Source: Tubiluchus corallicola (taxonomy: Eukaryota > Animalia > Priapulida). Taken from it: a DNA stretch of 18,954 nt. This document shows, one piece after another, positions 1-9,525 of the stretch (positions are counted from its first letter, which is position 1; each line of letters opens with the position of its first letter). The stretch is taken from assembly GCA_030141605.1 (NCBI GenBank), contig JAQGDQ010001974.1, forward strand, positions 1-18,954, given 5' to 3'. The translations under genes and the position numbers were made by a program. The notes beneath the pieces are model-generated. The model had not been told where the DNA came from. It saw nothing but the letters and a program-made list of their open reading frames with translations, and did no database searches.

Positions 1-218
1 AAATACATAAATTTGATTAAAGTTGGGCACTGGGTGACACATGCAAACGTAAACTTTTGATCATTTTTGAATTTTTACTTTTTTTTGACATGCATAATAC
101 AAGGTATTTTATCATTGAACTTGGCTTCATTAAATGTGACCAATTTAATAATTATCGTCAGCTATAAACTAAAAAAGGTACAAGTACGAGGAATTTCTTC
201 TATACAAAGACATATCAC

Positions 219-543
219 TTTTTCCTCGTGTACGTAAACGACATCAGTGTCTGAGATTTTTCAATACAATGTTTGCTGATGACACCAACATGTTCTGTTC
301 TGGGTATGATATAAAGGAAATATGTGATACATTATAAGCAACGAATTAAGCAAATTAAATTTGTGGTTTACAGTGAATAAATGATCTGTAAATATCTGAG
401 AAATTAATTTCATAATATTTAGTAGCAGGAAAATAAATGTTGATATTAGAATTAGAATTAACCAAAACAGTATGAAAAGGATCTATGTAACAAAATTTTT
501 TGGAGTTTTAATTGACGACAAGCTTTCTTGGAAAGACTATATT
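219..543 (+). mobile_element. Decayed non-LTR retrotransposon (CR1/L2-group-like) reverse transcriptase fragment
   Basis: FFLVYVNDI / MFADDTNMFCSG (catalytic xADD motif at 272-283) / NELSKLNLWFTVNK*SVN / KFFGVLIDDKLSWKDYI, with stops and frameshifts. Confidence 0.85.
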
Positions 544-548
544 ATTAC

Positions 549-704
549 TTGCAAAGATCCATACAGAAGATATAGCGGATGAAACTCCTGCTGAATTATT
601 AGCTTTGCACTCAAATAATACTATAGATCCTATGGGATCATCTAAAATATCAGCGCCAATGTTCACAGTGCTTAAAACTCCAAGCTCACCCTCTTCCCTT
701 TCAT
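549..704 (-). CDS. Exon H, C-terminal half of Ig domain 8, about 156 nt (donor position uncertain)
   Basis: TGTTTTTGCAG|AT GAA AGG...; DEREEGELGVLSTVNIGADILDDPIGSIVLFECKANNSAGVSSAISSVWIFA has the C-x-A-x-N-x-x-G motif. Best phase-1 donor is GCA A|GTAATA. Confidence 0.8.
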
Positions 705-889
705 CTGCAAAAACAGAATTCATAATGAAACATGATTTAGCAAATCATCAACATGAGATGTTTGTTTTTAGCTTTTTGTTTATGGCTTTGTGTTTCGTAA
801 ATAAACATGTATCTAACTCAAGTGTGACTCCAGGAAAGTCGTTTGTCTGTGCAGTGTGTCGAGGTATGGCAAAAATTCATATCACCGAT

Positions 890-1633
890 AAATTCTACAA
901 ATGAATCTCTTCTCAAGACTTGAGTTGACAAATTCTACAAATGAATTCTCGTCTCAAGACTTGAGTTGACAAATTCTACAAATGAATTCTCGTCTCAAGA
1001 CTTGAGTTGACAAATTCTACAAATGAATTCTCGTCTCAAGACTTGAGTTGACAAATTCTACAAATGAATTCTCGTCTCGAGACTTGAGTTGACAAATTCT
1101 ACAAATGAATTCTCGTCTCGAGACTTGAGTTGACAATATCTACAAATGAATTCTCGTCTCGAGACTTGAGTTGACAAATTCTACAAATGAATTCTCGTCT
1201 CGAGACTTGAGTTGACAAATTCTACAAATGAATTCTCGTCTCGAGACTCGAGTTGACAAATTCTACAAATGAATTCTCGTCTCAAGACTTGAGTTGACAA
1301 TATCTACAAATGAATTCTCGTCTCGAGACTTGAGTTGACAATATCTACAAATGAATTCTCGTCTCGAGACTTGAGTTGACAATATCTACAAATGAATTCT
1401 CGTCTCAAGACTTGAGTTGACAAATTCTACAAATGAATTCTCGTCTCGAGACTTGAGTTGACAAATTCTACAAATGAATTCTCGTCTCAAGACTTCAGTT
1501 GACAATATCTACAAATGAATTCTCGTCTCAAGACTTGAGTTGACAAATTCTACAAATGAATTCTCGTCTCTAGACTTGAGCTGACAAATTCTACAAATGA
1601 ATTCTCGTCTCAAGACTTGAGTTGATAAATTCT
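890..1633. repeat. 41-bp minisatellite, 18 copies plus 7 bp
   Basis: Unit AAATTCTACAAATGAATTCTCGTCTC(A/G)AGACTTGAGTTGAC, head-to-tail with starts at 890, 930, 971 ... 1586, 1627; no spacers. Confidence 0.97.
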
Positions 1634-3125
1634 GGCATTAAAACGCTCATCCGAAACTGTTGTATTGGTATCTAGTGGCAGGTATTGCTTTTGTGTGCTG
1701 TTTTATGTTTGTAATGTGTAAGATTTCTAAGTGTGTGTGAATAGTGTTACTGACTATCGTCGAGCATAGAATTTGTGTAGAATGTATGTTTTCGCTTCTT
1801 GTGTCTTTGTACTTATGAAAGTTAATTTGGTTACTTCATTACACTATCTAATAGTTTTAACTGTTATTGATTGTCATTGCGTGACGTCCATGTGTGAACT
1901 GTGTATGGTCTTTCCGCATTAGTCTTCATTCTATTGATTGACAAGATCATGTTTGCTTTTTAATGCATGTCTTCTGTAAGTTTTTATTTTTTGTTTGTTA
2001 TTTTTTGGTGTACCGTGATTATCAATATTTAGTTACCTGTATGAAAATTGAGTTGAAGTTACAATCATGGGAGTAATCGAATGCAATACTTGTCTGTTTT
2101 TTGTTACTTGTGTCAGTTGTACTTACAAGTTATTCTTGATCTTTTATTGTATTTCACAATAGGATCATCATTGACGTATCGTACACATATAGATATAAGA
2201 TACTAACAAAAAGTAACATGCTTATTAATACCGTAAATTTGTTGATTTCTAACTACTAACATGATTGTACTTTATGATATGATAACTGTAAAGCATAAGT
2301 CACCCACAAGCTGCTAAAGCAGCACTAAGTACAACTAAATGCAATAGTAATGTTTCATAAATAGAAATGGCTGCTAGGTGAAGGTGACCATTATGGTCAT
2401 TCGCCACCCCATCTCAATGCAGTTATAATGAACTTTGTGTAACTAAATAAATAGTGCAAATGCATATGGAATGAGAAAAATAAAGTAATCAATCAGGCAG
2501 CTGCATTACTGCAGATTGGTAACGGTGTCAGAATCTGGTTTTAGTTCCATACATTTGCTTGGCATAACAGTCGTTCTTCAGTCACACAATATACGCCATA
2601 TTAAAACTCCGTTCTACACAATCTCTGTTTTACTGTGAGCTTCTCTTTAAGAATTCTTTTAAACTTAGAGACACGTCACAAGTCGGCTTTGCTTGGCTTC
2701 TCCACCTTGCTGTATTAATCCTTATTAGCACATTGTATACAAAACAATTTTTTTACTGATTCTATTGTGTATAATTAGCCAGACCCAGCAATCTATGTCC
2801 ATTTTCAAACATCATAGTCAACATACAGAACAACTCACAACCTTTACTGGAAGATTTTTTTTAAAAAAACTATTACACGTAGAAGGAAATATAAAGCACT
2901 ATAAAATGGTGGAAATTGTTCATCTCTGAATGTGCCCTGTAATCAGATTGCACAAATAATTTTTGTGTTTATTATTTTCGTGAACCCATTAACGTCTTAG
3001 AATAAATCACAAGATCTTTTTCTCAATCATCAGTTCTATTAAATAGAAATAATTAATACTTTTTTAAAGAAATACCTACACAGAATTGTGCATGTCACCA
3101 TTTAAAAGCAAATATAACTTGTTAC

Positions 3126-3249
3126 CTGGCTCTACGTCTGTTAAAGGTTTTCCATCTTTTAACCAAATTATATCTGGCTTCACACCAGGATCCGAGAGTG
3201 AAGGTTTAATATGACCAGCCTGGATCTCAGCAAGACAGTTAATTGTAAC
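3126..3249 (-). CDS. Exon G, B-C strands of Ig domain 8, 124 nt, phase 0-1
   Basis: TTTGTTTGCAG|GTT ACA ATT AAC TGT...CCA G|GTAACA; VTINCLAEIQAGHIKPSLSDPGVKPDIIWLKDGKPLTDVEP. Confidence 0.87.
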
Positions 3250-3705
3250 CTGCAAACAAAAATATAAGAACGAATAGTGTAACTAATTACTGCTACTGAA
3301 TATGTATTTAATAATCTTTTTTCCACAAAGTGGCTCTATAATATGAGATAAATAGACGATAAAAATACTGTGTCTTAATTTCCTTTTTTCTCGTGCATTT
3401 TAAGAGTTTATTGTTGAAGCCAGAGAAGTGAACAAAAAGCAGAAGGGTTTCTTTTTACGTTTGCCCCATTAAGATTTTATGTTTTACAAGTGTCTTAGCC
3501 TGCATTCTGCCTTCAAAAAAATTCACAGCTGTGTGCGTCAGCCATATTTTTAAACAAAATAGACAATTGATAGGAAAAGTATGGAAAACGCTGAGTCATC
3601 AAAAGCAATTTTAGGACATTCATAAAAGAGAGCACAATTTCTGCGTACAAATAACGGCTGTACTACATGTAGATTTTAAATATGCGACCATTAGTTTTAT
3701 AAAAT

Positions 3706-4041
3706 CTGCAAATGTCTGTTTTGATTTAGCTTGTTACTATTCTGAACTTACTGTAAATGTCTGTTTTGACTTAGCCGATTACTATTCTGAAGTATCTGCA
3801 ACTGTCGGTTTTTATTTAACTTATTACTATACTGAAGTCACTATAAATGTCTGTTTTGATTTAACTTATTACTATTCTGAAATATCTGCAAATGTCTGTT
3901 TTGATTTAGCTTATTAATATTCTGAAGTCTCTGCAAATGTCTGTTTTTGACTTAGCTTATAACTATTCTGAAGACACTGTAAATGAATGTCTTGACTTAC
4001 GTAATTACTAACCTGAAGTCACTGTAAATGTCTATTTTGAC
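3706..4041. repeat. Degenerate 45-bp minisatellite, about 7.4 copies
   Basis: Consensus about CTGCAAATGTCTGTTTTGATTTAGCTTATTACTATTCTGAAGTCA; starts at 3706, 3751, 3796, 3841, 3886, 3931, 3977, 4022. Confidence 0.92.
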
Positions 4042-4739
4042 AAGAATAATTGATTTTGTTACTTGTATGCTTTGTGTAGTCATGTAAGCTTATACATATA
4101 CATATATAATCCTTTTAAATAGTGTTAACGTTATTAATAATACGTGTAACTTCACACTTGGGTGAAGGGCTCGAAAGTTTGCTCTCCCTTCTCCCCACAA
4201 CATTCATTGCTTCTGAATATTGAAAACTAAGATGTTTATTTTCTGAAAATAAATGATGTATTGTGAAAATAAACTATCTAATCTAAACCGATATAAATCA
4301 ATTATGTATAGCACTGATTCAGCATTCCATATATTGCCTTCTTATTCAAGCAATCATTAGTCATGAGATTCCCAAGCCAAACATTGGTTAAAGCAAGGTA
4401 TCGGACTCAAAATAGATTTACTGCTAAGTAAACGTAAAAGTCTTCAACGAAGACAGTTAACAAAACTACTAAATTAAATTAAAATTTCAACAGCACACCC
4501 CCTGGTTCAACATTTGTGGGTAAATTTGTACGAAATTTGCAGGCGGGAAGGTTTTATTAAATTAGATAACAATGAATGTTAGCGATCTTTCTTTTGTGTC
4601 AACTACATGTGTTTAATTACTGTCATTTATCTATTCAACAACATTTACAACCTAAAGGTTTTCCTTTTATTGTAATTTCTTATAATTATAGGTGAGCTAT
4701 TAGTCATGTATAAAATGTGCAACTCTAGCGTATTCGTAC

Positions 4740-4885
4740 CTCATCATGTTGATCTGGTATATAACCAATGGAGCGTGGTGATACTTGCACATTGGGCTCT
4801 GAATAAATAGTGAGTCCAACAGAATTTGTTTCTTCCATCAGTAGCAAGTCCCCTATCTCAGCTACTCCTTTGCACTTAACATAGC
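4740..4885 (-). CDS. Exon F, end of Ig domain 7 and start of Ig domain 8, 146 nt, phase 1-0
   Basis: CTTCTCTAG|GC TAT GTT AAG TGC...GAT GAG|GTACGA; (G)YVKCKGVAEIGDLLLMEETNSVGLTIYSEPNVQVSPRSIGYIPDQHDE. Completes DSGYVKC with exon E. Confidence 0.85.
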
Positions 4886-5105
4886 CTAGAGAAGAAGTCG
4901 TGTGACAGTCAATTTAGAAACGTTTAAAACATACAAGGGTATGTCAGTAAATGATTACCCGTTTCTGTGTAGTAGCAAACGAAAGGCATAGTTAGAAACA
5001 GCCTATGAGAAAGAGTAATTAATTTTAAGCAACGAAAACTTATCTTAATATTTATAACTGCCGTAATTCGCCTTTCTGACAACCAAAAATAAACAAGGGC
5101 GCGAT

Positions 5106-5474
5106 CCTTTTCACAGTTTCGTTGCGCGCACGCGCAGTGACTATACGTCAGTGTTATGTCAAGGTTAAGTGTACCACAGCGTATTAATTACAACCATCAC
5201 ATGCTACGTAGACAAAGCAAATTCGTCTGCAGCGTCAGTTCAGTAACGTCAGTTGTTTTAAGTAGCCTTTACTTAATTATGCATTAATATATGCGTAGAG
5301 TGATTTACTGGCAGGCTCTTGCCTGGAAACAAGAAAAAACGAACTAGGTAAGACTCTAGCTTGCTATTAAAACTGCTACCATTACGACAGCATGGGTTGC
5401 GAGACGTTGTCAAACGTACACAAATGCGCTGTCTGGTACACTTAATCTTTAACCTCGCTGGAACTGTGAAAAGG
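5106..5474. mobile_element. Palindromic MITE-like element, about 370 bp
   Basis: Terminal inverted repeat CCTTTTCACAGTT (5106-5118) / AACTGTGAAAAGG (5462-5474), plus an inner inverted pair AAGGTTAAGTGTACCA (about 5161) / TGGTACACTTAATCTT (about 5434). GC-richer than flanks; no clear TSD. Confidence 0.6.
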
Positions 5475-5591
5475 CTTATTGAAATAGTGTCATGACAGAA
5501 TTCTTCAAAAACTTCGTTGATTTTTGTTTTGCAACAATAAGAAATGGAAAGAATTAAAATAAGACAAAAAGTCTAACGATTAAAACATTAA

Positions 5592-5862
5592 AGCAAAACT
5601 GCACCCAATCTCAAACTATGGTTCAAAACAATCTACTCTTGTTTTTGTGCAATGCGTTTCCGAAATTCTGGCGTTAGTGCCCGTCTAACTAGCGAACAGC
5701 GAAATGAATGCGTGTAACAGCGAAGAACTAGTAGCGCGAACGCGAAATTGTGTTTGTGTGGTAATAATTCCTTCGCGTAAGTCATTTTTGAATAAATAGT
5801 ATGTTTTCTTTCAACATGTTAAAGATTCAATCCACAGTTTAAGATTGGCGCCCGGTTTTGCT
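5592..5862. mobile_element. Non-autonomous DNA transposon (MITE) with TTAA target-site duplication, Kolobok-like termini
   Basis: TTAA|AGCAAAACTGCACCCAATCTCAAACTATGG ... CCACAGTTTAAGATTGGCGCCCGGTTTTGCT|TTAA: about 30-bp imperfect TIRs with TTAA at 5588-5591 and 5863-5866. Confidence 0.75.
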
Positions 5863-5901
5863 TTAATAATGAGCTGCTGAACATGCTGAGCTGCATAATA
5901 C

Positions 5902-6150
5902 CTGAATCGCGTAGTTCAATAGTGTTGTAGGTAATGACAGATTTGTATTCATCACCTTCCATACTTAATGTAATATAAACTCTCTTGGACGGATCTTCTC
6001 CAACGTCAATCAAATTTTCGTTGTTGTACCACTGCAGTGTGACTGAGTACTTTGCAGATGCATTGCTAGTTTTACATGTTATAGAAACAGGACCATCTCC
6101 TACCCCGTATAACGTTTCATCCATTTCTAGATCCTCCAAACTGAAAGGTT
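5902..6150 (-). CDS. Exon E, most of a unique Ig domain, 249 nt, phase 1-1
   Basis: CACATTTCAG|AA CCT TTC...GAT TCA G|GTATTA; EPFSLEDLEMDETLYGVGDGPVSITCKTS...LQWYNN...KSVITYNTIELRDS(G). Confidence 0.88.
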
Positions 6151-6727
6151 CTGAAATGTGGGAAGAAATTATTTCAAATATGTTTTAAGCAAATAGTATT
6201 ACTTAAGGCTCCATAGATCGTTTAAAAAATAAACACGTTTAATTCCCAAAAAATGTGACAGAACGACATGGTCAGTTAAAAGGGCTTGTTTGAAAACAAC
6301 ATTTTGTTAAATTAACAATATTACGTCACCAAAATTTGCAAAACTACATCAGCTTGTGCTTCATGCAGGCTTATTATTTTTTTATTAAACGAAACTTGAA
6401 TTTAAAATAAAATAACTCATCATTAGCAAAGTGAATGAGCAAAACTGGAATGAAGATTGCTGATAATTTTGACATTTACCCACGGAAACACAATCATTTT
6501 CTTATTTTATTGCATTCTTGTACAAGAAAATATACCGTAAAAACAGAGCAACGTTACTTGTATATTGTTAATAAGATGTAATGAAATTAGTCTTATTTTA
6601 ATTTTTTTATTTAATTTCTTAATTCCTAATACACAGTATGCCACCACCAGCTTAATAAGTCCTTATTCGTTCAGCCGAGTAAGCACTTTGCAAAACGTTT
6701 TCTTAAATTCTATGTAGCATGTAAAAC

Positions 6728-6825
6728 GAAACATGTGCGACGTTAAGCAAAAAAGGTGTCAAATGATTAGCGTCGTTAAAACGAATCGTCGCTAAGCGGG
6801 GAGTCGTTAAGCGAGGACTTACTGT
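6728..6825. mobile_element. One end of a pogo/Tigger-like (Tc1/mariner superfamily) element
   Basis: Reverse complement reads CAGTAAGTCCTCGCTTAACGAC, with four subterminal GTCGTTAAGC-like motifs on the + strand. The family assignment comes from TIR resemblance only. Confidence 0.55.
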
Positions 6826-6902
6826 GCATACAAATACCGTACCTATACAATGCTTTGGTAGCAGTTAATTAGGATTTTATTCATCACTTAATACCTGTGC
6901 AG

Positions 6903-7017
6903 GTTTACACATATTTCGAAGATGCCAACTACGTTTACTTAGTAATAGAAATGTGTCACAATGGTGAACTGCATCGTTACTTGAAAACCAAGTGTAAACA
7001 GCTCACTGAGGATGAAG
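6903..7017 (+). pseudogene. PLK4: Orphan Polo-like kinase 4 (PLK4/SAK)-like exon, kinase subdomains IV-V (hinge region), 115 nt
   Basis: CTGTGCAG|GTT TAC ACA...GAT GAA G|GTATAT; [38 protein letters not shown] closely matches PLK4 as I recall it ([28 protein letters not shown]...FSENE). No other kinase exon was seen in the window, and the segment is absent from the paralogous intron. Confidence 0.82.
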
Positions 7018-7574
7018 GTATATAGTAGTAGATTTATTTGTATAGTATTTATATTTGTTTTATAGTTACAGTTAATAACATACAGCAACTTTTTTATCAC
7101 TGAGTCAATTTTCTATCCGTAAAATATGGAAACTGCTGTTTAGAGCTCACACTTACATTTCCCCCATATTACTGGTACCGTTCAGCCAAGTAAGCACTTT
7201 GCAAAACCGTTTCATGTAAAAATGTAGCATGTAAAAATGGGAGTAACTCGACAATTAACTTTATAGCCAAACATACGTTATATGACGTAAACTCAATAAT
7301 GGGTCTCAGCTTGTACACAATTGTTATAGAAACCCTAGAAGATGTATTTAGAAATTCTCATGTATTGTCTCGTAAAATTTTAAAAGGATGCCAGTTAAGT
7401 TGCAGTCAGCTAGGGACACTAAACTTACCAAAGGATTGTATAAATTGTATTGAAAACAGAAATTTTAATTTTTTATGAAAGTATCAATTGAGAGAAATGT
7501 TACAGCATGCGAAGTCTTTTTAACATAATTGCTTTGCCTTCTTGTATGTAAATAATATCCGTGATTGTTTTTTC

Positions 7575-7584
7575 TTGTTGTTGG

Positions 7585-7617
<33 letters not shown>
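7575..7617. repeat. (GTT)n microsatellite; a shorter copy lies at about 12563-12596
   Basis: Read directly from the sequence. Confidence 0.9.
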
Positions 7618-7860
7618 CAGTGTTTAATATTTATTTTTACTTTTACTACTAGTCTATTAATTTAATTTAATTCAACCACTTATGTATCTTAACTGTACAT
7701 GTGTCTTCGAAAATTAATGATGGTAATTATAAGTACTTACTTTTCCAATAGCTATAACATCTCCTAAATCATAATATGAATCAGAATTAGTATTATTAGA
7801 TTCTGTAAACAGCAGGTTGACTTCATAGTACAAATCGAATGTAGCAAAAGCACAACGTAC

Positions 7861-8055
7861 CCACAACATCTACAGTGACGATAAGTGATATGTCAAGGTC
7901 GGGTATTCCTTCAACATCGGCTGCACACGCCAGCGATCTTTCTTCATCATCAGTAGTAAAGGTATAAATGAAACTGCTGGTTGTATCATAAGTGTCATAT
8001 CTCGTGGTACTATTAGTTACATGATCTACAGCGTTTTCGGTTACATCGTCTTCAT
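7861..8055 (-). CDS. Exon D2, duplicate of D1, 195 nt, phase 1-1
   Basis: Identical by eye to 12840-13034, including splice sites. Confidence 0.88.
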
Positions 8056-8117
8056 CTACAGGAGAAATTCTAAATTAAAAGCTGTAAAACAAGCGCTGTG
8101 TTTTGTTCAGTAAATAT

Positions 8118-8718
8118 TAATAATAATAATAAACGTTTAAATTTCACAAACATAAACAGAAGTACAATTAACAAATCACACAATGAAAAATAAACAACGC
8201 ATACAGGAACACGTCTATACAAATACAGGGCTCTTAAAAATACCATAATTTATAACAAACACATCTACATGTATATCACAGTACTGGTTGAATACAATAA
8301 TTCTTAGCAAAATTAATTCGTACCTCTTAGTTTAGAATCACGTATTGTTGAAATTTTATGGACATAGTCAACAATTTCTTAACTTCCATACATCCACTTT
8401 TTGTTTAAAAATATAAACTTATCAATATCACACATCATGGGAATTCTGGAAAGATATCTGATATTTGATTTAAAAACGCAGTCCCTTTTCTTGACAATAA
8501 ACATGGCATTGCATACTAAAGTGAAATTCATCTTCCGTGCCCCCATTCTTACATAGAGTACATTTTCTCATATCAACAGCAGGTGTTTTAGGTTTGGTAT
8601 ATCGATCTGCTTCAATTTGTAATCTATACGCGCTAACACGGAATTTTGTGTAGGTTTCTTTATATGCTCCAGGAACACCAGTAATCAAAAGAGGATTTTC
8701 GAGTTTATACCCAGATTA
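8118..8718 (-). mobile_element. Decayed LINE 3' end (ORF2 C-terminal CCHC region, 3' UTR and (ATT)n tail), unit 2 copy
   Basis: YTKFRVSAYRLQIEADRY..P...RKCTLCK...EDEFHFSMQCHVY is a typical non-LTR ORF2 C-terminus; (AAT)n at about 8118-8131. Confidence 0.78.
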
Positions 8719-8739
8719 GTAATAACACAAGAGGCAAAC

Positions 8740-8996
8740 TGGATGGACAAGACATGCTGTATGACCACCAGATGACAGCCCATTAAAATTAACCTTCAAA
8801 GGAGCACTGTAGAAAGAAAAGAAACCACAAGGAGGACAGCTGCTGATTTACATCAGTTTCATCCAAAAAGATCGTATTAACACACCATTAGATATCAAAA
8901 ATACAGAGACATGGAGGGTGGTAGGTAACAGAGCAGCGTGGTCTGAAATTTGCAAGGGTCATGTCAGAGGACGTGTGACTCCAGAGATGATGATGG
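8740..8996 (+). mobile_element. 3' remnant of the same RTE element in unit 2, with a short (GAT)n tail
   Basis: Colinear with about 14990-15215; ends in GATGATGATG. Confidence 0.7.
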
Positions 8997-9103
8997 CCGT
9001 ATACGCCCTAAATATATGAAAGTAGTAGAAAAATATAGTAACATTTACTAACATATTTACATTAACTAATTTATTAAGGAATTTTAAACGAAATGGTTAA
9101 TAC

Positions 9104-9235
9104 CTAATGTCCACGTCACAGTAGTTGCTGGTTTGCTAGCTGTTGCATTACACAATACCTCTGTTTCAATGCCATTAATAACCACGAGTCTATTCTCAAC
9201 GAAGTTACCATCCATCACAAACTCTGCTGGAGGTA
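9104..9235 (-). CDS. Exon C2, duplicate of C1, 132 nt, phase 1-1
   Basis: Same splice sites; VPPAEFVMDGNFVENRLVVINGIETEVLCNATASKPATTVTWTL (F>I, M>T and 1 synonymous change versus C1). Confidence 0.88.
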
Positions 9236-9261
9236 CTGAAAAATGTATGATACACATTTAA

Positions 9262-9525
9262 TAGTGCGTGGTTCGTCGCAAATTAACATATCTGAACTGG
9301 GAGGTACAGTAGCAGTTTTTTTCCGAATGCAGGCGCTAGTGCCCATCTAACTAGCGAACGGCTGAATGCATGTAACAGCAAAGAACTAGTGGCATGAACG
9401 TGAAATTGTGTTGTGTGGTATTAATTGTTCTAACTCATTCTTAAAAAAGTAGTATGCTTCCTTTCAAAATTTTAAAGAGTACGTTGTTTTGACCTACAGT
9501 TCAAGATTGGGTCCTGTTTTAACAT
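9262..9525. mobile_element. Left-truncated copy of the same MITE in the B2-C2 intron
   Basis: Colinear with about 15875-16158 (gctagtgccc.tctaactagcga ... cagttcaagattgg). Confidence 0.6.

Noticed and set aside
512-904. 130-aa + strand ORF (also + ORFs 5985-6188, 10059-10259, 16729-16929)
   Set aside because: These are antisense shadows of real minus-strand Ig exons and show no recognisable motifs.
890-1633. CRISPR array (palindromic repeats of about 41 bp)
   Set aside because: Units are contiguous with no unique spacers, there are no cas genes, and the context is a spliceosomal intron.
890-1633. Synthetic or cloning artefact (EcoRI, BsmBI and XhoI sites recur in the units)
   Set aside because: Units show natural-looking point variants and a diverged first copy, and no vector sequence is adjacent.
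2376-2406. Stem-loop GGTGAAGGTGACCATTATGGTCATTCGCC as an ncRNA or terminator
   Set aside because: It is short and isolated, more likely the 3' stem-loop of a decayed retroposon, with no support for an RNA gene.
3706-4041. 45-bp repeat as a coding exon (15-aa repeat such as LQNSNKLNQNRHLQI on the minus strand)
   Set aside because: It has in-frame stops and a 1-nt indel, and exons F and G already join in phase without it.
6903-7017. Complete functional PLK4 gene in the window
   Set aside because: No neighbouring kinase exons (for example VAIK or HRDL motifs) were found by eye on the + strand, and the exon sits in a unit-specific insert.
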